Source of the DNA: the human T2T-CHM13v2.0 reference genome, Homo sapiens
Length of the DNA stretch: 64,000 nucleotides
Direction: 5' to 3' (one strand)
NCBI RefSeq assembly: GCF_009914755.1
Contig: NC_060947.1
Shown here: one piece after another, positions 33,815-50,328 of the stretch
Layout: each line of letters opens with the position of its first letter
Position numbering within the stretch: position 1 is the stretch's first letter
Translations under genes and position numbers: made by a program
The notes under the pieces: model-generated
What the model was told of the DNA's origin: nothing
The model's input: only the letters and a program-made list of their open reading frames with translations
Database searches by the model: none

Positions 33815-33851
<37 letters not shown>
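33815..33851. repeat. (TA)18 microsatellite
   Basis: Perfect TA run. Confidence 0.95.
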
Positions 33852-33854
<3 letters not shown>

Positions 33855-33859
33855 AATTT

Positions 33860-35240
<1,381 letters not shown>

Positions 35241-35569
35241 TCTCGATCTAAAGAATGCCACCATTTGTTAGCTCTATGAATTTGGATAAACCATTTCAAC
35301 TCTCAACATCTTAATTTATTCATTTATAAAATAAAACCAATAGTGCCTTACTTACAATATTGTGGTGAATAAAAATAATGACATAATAAATGTACAGGAA
35401 TGAGCAATATGCAATAAATAAGTAGAAGTTTTCTTCTTGCGGCTCTACCCTCAAACAGAAGGGGAAACAGGGGCACACTACTATGCAAATATATTCACTG
35501 AGCTATGGTATGTCAAAAAAGACATCCTATGGATGCTTGAACAGAAGGATTAATCAACTGGATTATATT

Positions 35570-36130
35570 AGTCACTCAATAAACATTAATATTTATTGAA
35601 CCCTTCCTATGTACCAAGCATAGAAATAGAGTGTGATGCAAAACAGATAAATGCTTGTTGAAGTGGGAAAGAGGGAGACAACAAGAAACAAATTATTATT
35701 TGCTACAACATCAGGATGAAGAAAGTTAAAAGTTATGTGGTGATTACAAAATGATTGAGGGGTACAATTTCATATCAGATGGTCAGAAAAATCCCATCAT
35801 GGAGGCAACTGAAGTAGAAACCCAGAAGAACTGAGGAAAGGATCATGTGAAGGAAGCATATGCAAAGGCCCTGAGACCCTGGCATACTTGTCAGTCAAGG
35901 AGAAGGAGGACAGTGTAGTGGAAGGGAATAGCAAGAGGGTGCAGGACAGGGATCCAGGGACAAGATAATGACCTTGGAGTGCACGATAAGGATTCTAGAT
36001 TTTATTCTAAGTGCAATGGAATATCCCTGGAGGGCCCTGAGCAGAGGAGTAGCATGTTATAATTTATGTTTTAAAAGGATCCATCCAACTACAAGATGGA
36101 TAAAAGGCTGCAGAAGTGTAGGAGAGTGAG
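35570..36130 (-). mobile_element. L2 LINE 3' fragment
   Basis: cactcaataaac..tatttattgaacccttcctatgtaccaagc...gcatatgcaaaggccctgag...ttttattctaagtgcaatgg. Confidence 0.7.
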
Positions 36131-36892
36131 TATGCTGACCATGGAAAGCTGCCTTTCTTGCGTGGAAGATTCTAAAGCCATTCATTCTGGTCATTTCCCC
36201 CAGGACTCAAAAATAAGCAACTCTGAACTGAAATCTCAACTGCAGCAACTGGCATTATTTCTATTTACTCTTATTGGACAATCCATATTTAATTCAGAAC
36301 CTGGAAAAACATAAGAAATACTGGCAAAAACAAATGACAAAACAATTGTGCTGAACTTGTTTACCTCTCATTTGCACTGGCTACTTTGTGCATTTTTCTT
36401 TGACTTAAAGAAATCAAGGCGTATTTAAAATGGTTACTGCCTGTAGATTTTTTTTAAGTGTCAAATGACTTGTGTACAAGCAGTGATTTCCCCATGATTT
36501 TTTTCTGGGGGGAGGATGGGGGTGGGTATCATTACCTAGTGACATGGAGAGGTCATACCTAACCTTCCCTCTCAAGAAATGCTGGCTATCTGATCATGAA
36601 TTTTTCCCAATTCTTTCCCACTCTCCAAGGTGTTCTAATTGATTTTTCTCCCTGCTGTTTAGAATCTAAGGATATTTAATTAATGGGTTTCTTTTACACA
36701 AATAGAAAAACTCAGCATGACCAAAGTCAGAATGGTCAACAGCTAAGCTCTTCCCTGCCTTCCAGCTGTAACACCTTATTAAGACTGATTTCCCCAGCCA
36801 GCCTGCCAATCCACAGGTACTTCACATTGTGTTTTAAAAGTTTCTGCTTCTGCATTGAAATCACCAGTATTATTTCTTAAGAAATTATTCCT

Positions 36893-37030
36893 ACAGCAGG
36901 TCTTCCCAAATATTGATTGAAAATGAACCACCTGGAGATCTTGTTAAAATGCAGATTTGAACTCTGGATCTGGGATAGGGTACAGGATTACGCGTTTCCC
37001 AGATGATGCTGATGTTGGTGATCTGAGGGT
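36893..37030. mobile_element. MER5-type element
   Basis: cacctggagatcttgttaaaatgcagatt. Confidence 0.6.
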
Positions 37031-37096
37031 CACACTTATGTAGCCAGGTCCTCAGCTGAAGGCAACTACAGCTTTAAACATTAGTAAAATATATAC

Positions 37097-37176
37097 AGGT
37101 GCTCCTCAACTTATGATGAGTTTATCTTCCAAAAAGCCTATCATAGGTTGAAAATATCGTTAAGTCAAAAATACAT
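37097..37176. mobile_element. Tigger/MER46-like terminal fragment
   Basis: caggtgctcctcaacttatgatg...gttgaaaatatcgttaagtc. Confidence 0.55.
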
Positions 37177-37184
37177 AAAGAGTT

Positions 37185-37620
37185 TGTCCATAGGTAGTAT
37201 TTTAGCCCTTTCCCCTCCCTCCCTCCTCTCTTGTAGTACTCAGTGTCTATTGTTCCTATCTTTACGTCTAAGTGCATACAATGCTTATCTCCCACTTATA
37301 AGTGAGAACATGTGGTATTTGGTTTTCTGTGTCTGCCTTAATTAGCCTAGGATAATGGCCTCCAGCTGCATCCATGTTGCTGCAATGAACATGATTTCAC
37401 TCTTTTTTATGACTATATGGTATTCCATGGTGGATATGAGCCACATTTTCTTTGTCCAATCCACTGTTGATGAGCACTTAGATTGATTCCATGTCTTTGC
37501 TATTATGAACAGTGCTGTGATGAACATAAGTGCATGTGTCTTTTTGGTAGGAAGATTTTCCTTTGGGTATAGGCCCAATAATGGGACTGCTGGGTCAAAT
37601 GGTAGTTCTGTTTTAAGTCA
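37185..37620 (-). mobile_element. L1PA/PB 3' fragment
   Basis: cccacttataagtgagaacatg...gcctccagctgcatccatgttgctgca; the minus-strand ORF ALFIIAKTWNQ..C is L1 ORF2 C-terminus-like. Confidence 0.88.
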
Positions 37621-37865
37621 TGGTTTTTCTCTGAGCATCATTATTTGGTGACAAGGAGAGATCAAGCCTAAACTTTCAAGTTGAAAATTTGAAAATTTAT
37701 CTAACTATGGTATACATAATAATAATTTACAATCTTGCATTAATAGCCTAAATAGTTATTTCCCCTATCATTTAAGATCTTTTTAGACAAGGGAGAATCT
37801 GGCATTTGTCTTTGGAGGGATTTCTTTGAGGTCAATAGCTCACAATGCTGAAAAGTGTTCAATCC

Positions 37866-38050
37866 TCAGCACTGGTTCTCAAGGTCTACTCCCAGAACCA
37901 GCAGCATTAGAATCACCTGGAAACTTGTTAAAATTCCAAATTTCAGGCCCCACCTAAGACCTACTGAATCAGAAATACTGTTTGTAGCACCCAGATATCT
38001 GCATCTGAACAAACCCATCAAACAATTCTGAATTTTGAGAACCACTGCTC
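37866..38050. mobile_element. MER5A
   Basis: tggttctcaa...cagcattagaatcacctggaaacttgtt...ctactgaatcagaaa...tttgagaaccactgc, with terminal inverted repeats. Confidence 0.8.
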
Positions 38051-38096
38051 TATAAGACCAGTTGCTTTATTTTCATTACTAAATAAAACACATTCC

Positions 38097-38408
<312 letters not shown>

Positions 38409-38773
38409 TAAAACCATTCATAAGATTTTCTTAAATTGACTGTATAAGACTGATGTTTAAAAAGCCCCACAACCCCCATAAATTCTATCTGCATAGTGTT
38501 TGGCACATATAAATGAAATAATAAATACAAATCTGGCATAAGGGGGAAGATTAGTATAGGTTTCCCCACAATTTACAATATATCCTCTTTCTTCACTAAT
38601 GTAGCTGTTAGCTATTCATTGCATAAAGAAGGAATCCCAAAATGTGACACAGACATTAACATTTAAAAATTTAGGCAATTTATAGCAAGTAGTAAACTCT
38701 CAGGAGGCCAGTTTGATATTGCTTTGAGGGCCACTTTTTTTTTTTTTTTTTTTTAGAGACTAGTAATTGTTTC

Positions 38774-38943
38774 TTTTTTTTTTTTATACTTTAAGTTTTA
38801 GGGTACATGTGCACATTGTGCAGGTTAGTTACATATGTATACATGTGCCATGCTGGTGCGCTGCACCCACCAACTCGTCATCTAGCATTAGGTATATCTC
38901 CCAATGCTATCCCTCCCCCCTCCCCCCACCCCACAACAGTCCC
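38774..38943 (-). mobile_element. Young 5'-truncated L1 3' end (L1PA2-like)
   Basis: tatactttaagttttagggtacatgtgcacattgtgcagg; the minus strand reads gctagatgacGAGtt (GAG, not the L1HS-Ta ACA). Confidence 0.9.
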
Positions 38944-39672
38944 TCAATTTCTTATACAAAGAATATCTAGGCATTGTTCTTTTCTCATTTCAAAGTTTAT
39001 TCCTCCTCGGAAGAATCCATTTGAACCATTTCTTCTGTATAATTGACTATTTATATGCAGGTATTACTGGCGAACTTTACCCTCTTGAGGGCCACTAACC
39101 ATGCCTGGGTTACTTTTATGATAAAATGTCACTAGGAGATGAGAATCTAACTATGGAAAAACTCCAGGCTGGTTTTCTTAAGACTTCCATGGGAAAATGT
39201 CAGCAGGTCCATGCATGGGCCTACTTCAGTCCTGGGCTCCACCAAAAAAAAATTACTCATCACAAGTAATTGGTAAATTCTAATAAATTTCTAAGTGAGA
39301 GAGTTCCCCTGAGTTTCCGTCACCACATTTAGTGCTGGAAGTGGTCTTGGAAATAGCTAGAAATAGTTTCATGTCATCATTTAGAATTAGAATCTGTAAT
39401 ATTTTAACATCAAATGCACCTCATAAATCACAAATATCCCTACACTGCATTTTTATCTAGACTTTTTTGAAAAGTTACATTTTATGTCCTAACTTTTACA
39501 ACCTTACATTATGAGTTTTCAACATTTTTATCTGCTATATATATACTCATTAAAAAGAATTTAATATCCTGCGCATTGACCTATTAAATATCCTAACGAA
39601 GAGAGTAAATTAACTGCTTTTGTAAGAACATGAAGAATATTAATAAACAATAAGCAAAATTGCTAGTAAATT

Positions 39673-40556
39673 TGCAATGGCCAACTTTATATGTCAACTT
39701 GGCTGAGCCATGGTGCTCAGATATTTGATCAAACATTATTCTGGATGTTTCTGTGAAGGCATTTTTTTGGAAGAGAGTAACATTTCTTTTTTGAGATTGT
39801 ATTAGTCCATTTTCATACTGCTATAAAGAACTGCCCAAGACTGGGTAATTTACAAAGGAAAGAGGTTTAATTGACTCACAGTTCAGCATGGCTGGGGAGG
39901 CCTCAGGAAGCTTACAATCATGGCAGAAGGTGAAGGGGAAGCAAGGCACCTTTTTCACAAGGCGGCAGGAAGGAGAAGTACTGAGTGAAGGGAAAAGAGC
40001 CCCTTAAAGACCATCTGATCTTGTGAGAACTCACTATCACAAGAACAGCATGGAAGAAACTGCCCCCGTGATCCAATTACCTCCACTTGATCTCTCCCTT
40101 GACATGTGGGGATCATAGGGATTATAATTCAAGCTGAGATTGGGGTGGGGACACAAAGCCTAATCATATCAGAGATTAACATTTGAATTGGTGAATTTTG
40201 AGTAAAACAGATTACCCTCCATAATGTATGTGGGTCTCATCCAACTGGTTGAAGACTTTACGACAACAAAGACTGACCTCCCTCAAGCAAGAAGGAATTC
40301 AGCCAGGACACTTCCTGGGGATTCAAACTGCAACTCCTCCCTAAGTCTCCAGCCTGCCTGCTTACCTCATCAGATTCTGGATTCACCAAGCACCCACAAT
40401 CATGCGAGCCAACTCATCAAAATAAATCTTGCTCTTGCTTACTCTCTCTCTGTCTCTGCGCCCCCCATCTCTACACACACACACACAAACACACACACAC
40501 ACTAAAACGCAACCATATCCTGTTGGTTCTGTTTCTCTGGAGAACCCTGACTAATA
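39673..40556 (+). mobile_element. MLT2 (ERVL) LTR interrupted by a THE1 solo LTR
   Basis: tttatatgtcaacttggctgagccatgg...ttggttctgtttctctggagaaccctgactaata. Confidence 0.85.
39798..40171 (-). mobile_element. THE1 (THE1D-like) solo LTR
   Basis: tgtattagtccatttt...catatca with perfect 5-bp TSD gagat. Confidence 0.92.
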
Positions 40557-42419
40557 AAAAACTGTGAAGGATAATTTTAAAAGGTAAAATTATATCTCTC
40601 ATACAAATATAAAATGATCATTTGTCAGAAAGTTTTCCCAGGAAACTAATGTATCTCACAGAATTGCTGTAGTCTACTTAGCATGCAGTGATGTTCTCAA
40701 TAAATACACACTATTAATATATTACTCCAAGCAGATTCATTTCAAGACATAGATAATATTTAGGGCCCAATCTCCTCATTCTGAAACTTTGTTCCAAGTC
40801 TGTCTTTTGGACATTTTTTTCTTTTCCTTATTAAAATCTGGACATACTATGAAATTCTTTCACAATTAGATGATAATATAGAAAAGTTTTCAGTGATAAT
40901 AGAGGAGGCAGCATTCAAGTGAAAAAAAAAAAGACTTTAAAGAAACAAAGTGCTAGTGTTGAAATTTCAAACATCAACTCTGGAGTTGTGAAGGTGTTTC
41001 TAGGTTAAGAAATTCTTCCTGAGATCCCCAAAACCACATCCCAGAATATGTCCTCCTACTCCTAGAGGTAAGGTGAGGCCTGTGGGTTCTACATAGTATT
41101 TGTGTATACACAGACACATGCACACATACGTGCGTGTGTATATACTTCTACATAAAAGATAGCAGCAAGAATTTATATGTACAACCTTACCTTTTCTTTT
41201 GGCACTTAATAAAAACCAGTCTACTGAGTTTACCTCACAGAATCCCCAAAGAGAAAACATTCCCTGTAAAGCAGCCATTCCTGTTGTGCTTATTTACTGA
41301 TCCATGGGCAATGCTCCTCCCACAGAGAATTTCTTCCTGGAAAAAGAAATCTGCTTTTAAAAATAAGGTAGACTTTTATCTGCCTGGCATATCCTCAGCA
41401 TGGACCACCCTGAAGACAGGGCGATAAACGCACTAAATGAATCTGTAAGGAGTTCCCTTCTTCTCCTTCAGTGTGGTGGTACTTAATTTTTTGGTTTCAT
41501 ACCTATTGCTGCCGTGAAAATGGTCCCCCTTCTTCCTTGACACTAAAAGAAATGCCCAGCAGTTCATTCAAGACTTTGCCCCAGCTACAGAAGTTGGGAA
41601 AGTGGCATTTTATCCTCTTGATATATGTTGTTTTAACTCTTAGTGAAATAAATGGTTTCTATATTACACATCATTATTCATATACTGAAACGAGATCTTT
41701 TCTGAAACATCTGAAAAAGATTTGCAATTTGGATGATCCCTTATCATTTTGATTTTTCTTCAGCTATGTTTAGGAGTTCCATGTATTAAAAATTCATAAA
41801 TATTCAGCATTTAGGCTGCAAGGAGAGCAAAGTGTCCCTCAAAAGTTCAAATTAGAGAAACGGTGCTCAGTTTCCACACCAAGCAGCAGTATCAAGAGCT
41901 GAGTATTCATAAAAAAGTAACTGTCTCTAAAACTCATAAGCATTCATATTCTCAGAAAAGTTTGGGCTATGGGCTTTAATTTTGTGTTCCTTAAACTTGG
42001 AGTAGAGTATATACTGGTCTCTGTGTACAACTTAGGTCAGATTCCTAATAAAATTTCAAGTCCTTCCAGGATTGCATCACAGAAGAGGGACTGGGAAAGA
42101 ATCATCAAAGAATTCAGAAACAAGAATGACAAAGTGAAAATAGGGTTGCAAAATAATATCTTTGCAGAGAAACAATTTGAAAACTTAGGAATAATTTAAT
42201 AATCAACTTCAATTGCTGAATATGATGATAATCAAGTAAGGAATAACGACTCCATTTGAAATGTGGATCAAGCTAAAGTAGCAGTATTCAACTGCATACT
42301 AATGAATCAAGGTGGACATAAAAGGGATTTTCCCTCCAAAATAAAGATGATAAAACCTTAACATGTACTGTAGAAGAATGACAAAATTTTTTCTATTGAT
42401 TCATTGACACATTCATCCA

Positions 42420-42743
42420 GCAAATCTGCCCGGCTACCTGTTGTTACCTCTTTCTACTCATCTCCTCCCTCCCTTTCCATTGCTTACTCTGACTCCTGTC
42501 TTACTGACCTTTTCTGTCTTCAACCTCTTGACATATTTCTGCTTCAGAGCTTTGCAATTGCTGTTCCCGCTGCCTGAAAATATCTTCCTGCAGGAAGATA
42601 ACTGGGTCATTCCCTCTCCTCCCTCAGACATCTGCTCTAAAACCAACCTCTCAGTGAAGCCTTCCCTGGCCACCCTCTCAACAGCTTCCATTACATTTCC
42701 CTGATTTATCTCTCTTCCTTAGCACATAATCACTACCTAAAAT
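42420..42743 (+). mobile_element. L2 fragment
   Basis: tttgcaattgctgttcccgctgcctgaaa...ctcagtgaagccttccctggccaccc. Confidence 0.65.
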
Positions 42744-45731
42744 CAGTAGGTAATTTTAGGTAATACCTAATTTAGGTATACATAATTTTAGTAGATAATA
42801 CCTAAAACTGAGTAGTATTCCATTGTATGAATGTTCTAAGGATTTTGTAGCCACTCATCTCGTGAAAAAGACCTGGATTGTTTCTAGTTTTTGCTATCAC
42901 AAACAGCCGCTAAGAATAATCCTAAACAGCTTTTATTGTGAACATAAATGTTCATTTATCTAGAGTAAGTACCTAAAAGGGAGATTGCTAAGTCATATGT
43001 AAGTGTATGTTTTCCCAAGTGGTGGCGGTGGTACCAATTTTTTTTTTTTTTTTCATTCCACCAGCAATGAGTAGGACTACTCATCTTTGGATCCTGGCCA
43101 GCACTCAGTATGGTCACCATTTTTTATTATGGCCATTCTAATGGGTGTGTAGTGGTATCTCACCATGGTTTGAACCTGCATTTCTCAATGGATGATTTTG
43201 ACCACCTTCTCATGCGAACTTTTGTTATCCATATATCCTCATTGATGAAGTATCTATTCAAGACTTTGCCCATTAATTTGTGTGTGGTTTCTTTAGCTCA
43301 ATATTTTTTAGCCTTTTATGAAATATTTAAAAACGTAGAAAAAGTTGCAAAAATGGGACATAGAGTTCTATAAATACTTTGACCAGCTTGCCTTATTGGT
43401 GACATCTTAAATAACTATAGTACAATATCAAAACCAGGAAATTAACACTAGTAGAATACTGTTAGCTAAACTATCGACCTTATTCAGTTTTCACCAGTTT
43501 TTATGAGCAATCATTTGTGTGTATGCGTAGTTTTAGGCAGTTTGATCCCATGTATAGGTTCGTGTCACTGTTGACAAATCAAGATACAGACTGGTCCATC
43601 TCCCAGATGAAACTCCCTCATGCTACTGCTTTCTAATCTCACCAATCCCCCACCCTCTGTTCTTGTCCTCTGGTAACCACTAATCTGTTCTTCAACTTAA
43701 TATTTTGTCATTTTCAGAATGTAATATAAATGGAAACATACATTATGCAACCTTTGAGACTGTCTTTTTTTTTTCTAAAAATATTGCCTTAGAGATTCAT
43801 CGAAGTTGTTACATGTATCAATACTTTGTTTCTTTTTATTGCTGAGTAGTATTCCATGGTATGGATGTGCCAGAGTTTGTTTCACCAATCACCCATTGAA
43901 AAACATTTGGGTTGTTTACAGTTCGGGGATATTACAAATGAAGCTGCTATGAACATTCATGTACTGGTTTTTGTGTGAACATAAGTTGTCATCTCTCTGG
44001 GAGAAATGCCGAGGAGAGCAACTGCTGATTTGTGTGGTAAATGTGTGTTTTGTTTTACAAGAAACTGCAAAAATGTTTTCCAGAGTGCCTGAACTATTTT
44101 CGATTTCCCATTGCAATGTAAGAGAGGTCCCATTTCTCTGTACCCTTGCTATCATTTGGTTTTATCACTTTTTTTATTTTAGCCATTTTAATAGATGTAT
44201 ATATTGTGGTAGTTTTAATTTGCATTTCTCTAATGGTGAATGATGTTGAATATCTTTTCACATACTTTTTTGGCCATCTGTATCCCCTTTTCTTCTGAAA
44301 TACCTGTTCATGTATTTTGCATATATTCCAATTGAACTATTTTTTAGAGTTGAATTTTGAGTATTCTTAATATGTTTTAGCTGCCAGTTCTTTATTGTGC
44401 ATATGACTTTCAAATGCAACCTCCCAGTCTGTGGCTTGTCTTCTCGTCCTCTTAACAGGATCCCTAACAATACAAATGTTTTTAAATTTGATTAAGTCCA
44501 ATTTATCAACTTTTTCTTTTATGAATTATACAGTTGTTGTCTCTCAAATCTCTTCACTTAGCCCTAAGTCCTGAAGATGTTCTCCTATGTTTTCTTTTAA
44601 GAGTTTTATAGTTTCGCATTTAAACCCCTGAAACATTTTAAATTTATTTTTGTATAAGTTGTGAAGTTTACATCAAGGCTTATATTTTCTTAACCTATAG
44701 CTATCCAATTGCTTCAGCACCATTTGTTAAAAAGACTGTCTCTCCTCCATTGAAAAGGATTTTTGCACTTTTGTACAAAAGTACAGTTGGCTGTACAACT
44801 GTGGATCTATTTATAGATTCTATATTCAATTCCACTGATCTATGTGTACATCCTTCCACTAATACCATACTGTCTTGCTTACTGTAGCTATATAATAAGA
44901 TTTAATTTCTTCTTTTTCAAAACTAATTTAGCTAGTCTGGCTCCTTCGCCTTTCGATATTAATTTTAAAATAAGATTATCTATCTACAAAAAAACTTTTT
45001 CTGGGAGTTTGCTAGTAATTGTGTTCAATCTAGATTTGGAAAGAATTGATATATTTATTATCTTGGGTCTTCTGAATCCATGAACACTCTATGGTTGTTC
45101 ATTTATTTAGATCTTCTTTGATTTCATTCATGAATTTTTTTTTTAATTTTATTTTAAGTTCAGGATACATGTGCAGGAAGTGCAGGTTTGTTACACAGGT
45201 AAATCTTATAATTTTCAGCGCTCAGTCTGCACGTTTGGTTAGATTAATACCTACTAAGTATTTCATATTTTGGGGGCTATCATAAATTATATGCATTTTA
45301 AATTTTTTCTTCCATAGGTTTATTTCTAGCATACAGAAATGTAATTAATTTTTGCTTGTTGATCTTATATCTGGCAACCTCACTGGGCTTGCCTTCTAAG
45401 AGTTTTGCAAATTTTAAAATTGTTTTCTTAATGTTGAGTTATTATAATTATTTAATTATTCTGAATAGAAATAATTTGTTAGGTATGTGATTTGTAAATA
45501 TTTTTCCAGACTTTAGCTTGCCTTTTCATTCTCTTAACAATGTCTTTCACAGAGGAACAGTCTTTAATTTTGATGAAGTCCACTCTGTTAATTTTTTTCT
45601 TCAATTGTTCATACTTTTGGTGTTTGGTCTATGAACTCTTTGCCTAATCCCACATTATGAAAATGTTTCTCCTATACTTTCTTCTAAAAGTTTTGTAATT
45701 TTCCATTTTACATTTAAGTCTATGGTTTTCG

Positions 45732-46040
<309 letters not shown>

Positions 46041-46422
46041 AGTCTATGCTCCATTTTAAGTTAATTTTATTAGATGTGAGGTTTATTTCAAGGTTTATTT
46101 TTTTGCATATGGATGTCCAATAGTTTCAATACCATTTGTTAAAAAGGATGTTTTCTCCATTGAACTATTTTTGCACCTCTGTCAAAAATCAATTGGCCAT
46201 ATTTGTATGGGTCCATTTCTGGACTCTCTATTCTATTGCATTGATCTATTCATCTGTTTTTGAGGCTAAATGACATTGCCCCGATTACCGTCGTTTTTTC
46301 ATATGTCTAAAAAATGGGTAGTATATTTGCTTCACCTTTTTACTTTCCTTCAGATTTATTTTAGATATTATAGTAACTTTGCCTTTCCATAAAAATTTTA
46401 AAATCCGTTTGTCTATATCTAC

Positions 46423-46946
46423 TCTGATTGGCAGCTTCTAAGAAGCCCCCCAGTGTCCCCGCCTCCTGGTGTTCACAGCCTTGTGTAATTTCTCCCCAGG
46501 TAACTTGCTCCTCAAAACAGAATTCAGCAATGTTGAGGGAATGTCACTTCTATTATTAAGTTTAAAAAGAATCTGTCTGCTGTCTTGACAACAGACTCTC
46601 TCTCTTGCTAGCTTTGATGACACGAATTGGCATGTTGGGGAGTCCCACATGTTAGAGAAATGAGAAAGGCCTCTAGGCAACAACCATATAGGAATTGAGG
46701 CCCTTAGTCAAATAGCCCACATATAACTGAATCTTGTTAATAAGTACATGAGCTTGGGAGTGGATCCTTTTCCAGTCAAGAGTTAAGATTAGCCCAGCCT
46801 ACATCTTGATTGCAGCCTGTCAGAAATGTATAATAGGAATCCATGTCCAGATTCCTGACTTACAGAAATTGTGAGATAATAAATGCATATTGTTTTCAGT
46901 CACAACATTTTGGGGTAATTGGATATACAGCAGTAAAAAACTAACA
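46423..46946 (+). mobile_element. MLT1E/F-like LTR nested in L1
   Basis: cctcctggtgttcacagccttgtgtaat...cagattcctgacttacagaaattgtgagataataaatg; L1 resumes at tatctac. Confidence 0.75.
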
Positions 46947-49045
46947 TATCTACAAAAATTCCTGCTAAGATTTTGATTGAAATTGTGTTAAATATATAGA
47001 TCAACTTGGGGAAAATTGACATCTTTACTATGTTGAGCCCTCAAATCCATGAACACAGAGTCTCTTCATTTATTTAGATCTTCTTTGATTTCATTGATCA
47101 GCATTTTGTTTTCAACATACATATCTTTTAAATGATTTGTTAGATTTATACATACATATTTCATTTTTTGGAGCTATTAAAAATGATATTTTTCACAAAT
47201 TTCGGTTTCCAATTATTTATTGCTAAGCAGGATATAAAAATATGATTGACTTTTTTGTGTTTTGACCTAGTAGCCTATGACCACATCAAGCTCATATATT
47301 AGTTCTAGGAAGTCTTTATAGATTCCCCGGACTATTCTCCATAAACAGTGACGTCATTTTGGAATAGAGACAGTTGTATTTCTTCTCTTTAGATTTATAT
47401 ACCTTTTATTTCTTTTTATTTCCTTATACACTACCCAGTATTTCCAGTACAATATTGAATAGGAGTAGTGAGAGTGGACATATTTGTCTTATTCCTGATC
47501 CTATATCACATTGAGTACACTCCCTTCTATTTCTAGTTTGCTGAGTGTTGTTCTCATGAATGGATGTTGAATTTTGTCAAATGCTTTTTCTATGTCAATT
47601 GATATAACTGTGCTTTTTAGATTTTTAGATTGTTAATATGATGGAATTCACTGATTAATTTTCAAATGTTAAGTCTTGCATTCCTGAGACACAGCCCTTT
47701 TGGTTGTGGTGTATTATTCCCTTTATACATTGTTGGATTTTATTTGTTAATATTTTTTTGAGGATTTTTGGATCTCTGGTCATGGGGGTATTAATATATA
47801 CTTTTATTTTTTCATTTGTACTGACTTTGTATGGTTTTAATATTAAGGTAATGCTAGCCTCATTAAATCTATTTTAGAAGGAAGTATTCTCTTCTCTGCA
47901 ATTTTCTGAGAGGCACTATGTACAATTGGTGCTACTTCTTCCTTAAATGTTTGGTAAAGTTTACCAGTGAAACCATCTTGGCCTATAGATTTTCTTTTTG
48001 GAAAAATTTAACTATGACTTCAATCTCTTTAATGATTATGGGACTATCAGGTTATTTATTTCATCTTCAGCAAACATTAATATGCAACTTGTAAGTTTTG
48101 AGAAATTCTCCATTTCATGTAAATTATGTTTGTGTAATTGTTCATAGTATTCCCTTATTACCCCTTTAATGTATGTAGAGTGTGCAGTGAAATCTCTTCT
48201 TTCATTCCTGGATATTGGTGATATGTGTCTTTATTTCTTATTAAGTCTTACTGTAGTTTCAATCAATTTTAGTCATCTTTTCACAATAACAAGTATTTCA
48301 TTAATTTTCTTTATTTTTTGCTTTCAATTTTATTGATTCTTCCTCTTATCTTTGTTCTTCTTTCCATCTAGTTGTTTTGGGTTTATTTTGCTCTTTCTTT
48401 TCTAGTTTCATAAGACGGAAGCTTAGGTTACTGATTTTTGGAACTTCCCTCTTCTCTAATATAAGCATTTAATGCTGCAAATTTCCCTGTAAGTACTACT
48501 TTACCTAAATGTCACAAATTAGATCGGTTGTATTTTCATCTTTGTTGAGTTCAAAATATTTTCTAACTTCTGTTGAGACTTCCTCTTTGACTCATGAAGT
48601 ATTTAGGAGTATGCTCTTTAAATTCCACATGACTGGAGATTTTTACTCTTACCTTTCTGTTATTTATGTCTAACTTAATTCTTTTATTGTTAGAGAATAA
48701 ATTGACATACCTTTTATGATTTCAGGCCTAAAATTTTGTTAAGTTTTGTTTTATGTCCTATGATATATTCTATCTTGATAAATGATCCATGTACATTTGG
48801 GAAGAACGTGCATTCTCCTGTTGATTAGAGGAGTGCTCTATAAATGTCAATTATACACTATTAATTTATGATGTTTCACATTCTCCTATAACTTTGTTGA
48901 TTTTCTGTCTGAGTTCTATCAATTATTGAGAGAAGATTATTGAAGTCTCCAACTGTAATTGTGGTTTGTTTTCAATTTTTCCTTCTTTTTTTTATTCCTC
49001 TGCTCCTTCTTTTCTGTCTTCTTTTAGGTTGTTTTAACTTTTTAG

Positions 49046-49440
<395 letters not shown>

Positions 49441-50002
49441 TAGGAATTATAACATTTATACTAAACTTATTATTATCTACATAGAATCAACGTTCTACCA
49501 CTACAAGTGGTCTGTAGAAAGCTTTTCACCATATAAGTCCCTTTACTCTGTTTCCTTTATGTTGTAACTCTCTTATGTATAACACTGACAAATATTAAAA
49601 ACCCATCAAGCATTATAGTTTTTGCTTTCATTTATCAAAAATATTTAAGTAATGCAATAAAATAATGAGAGCCAATGATACTGACTTGGATATTTGCAAT
49701 TTCTCTTTCTTTTCGCTCCTAATGTTGCAAGTTTCTTTCTGGTATTATTTTCCTTCTTTCTGAACATCTTCCCTTAGCAATTCTTCCAGAGGTAGTTCTG
49801 CTGGCAAAAAATTCTCTTTATACTTCATCTGAGATTGCCATTATTTCTGAAGGATTATTTTTGCTTGATGTAAAATTCTGGGTTGATAATTCTCTTCTTT
49901 CACAACTTTGAAAATGTTGTTCCAATTCCTTTTGCCATCCATGGTTTCTAATGAGAAATCAGCTCTTGGTTGAATCATTATTCTCTAAAAAGCTATGTGC
50001 CT

Positions 50003-50328
<326 letters not shown>

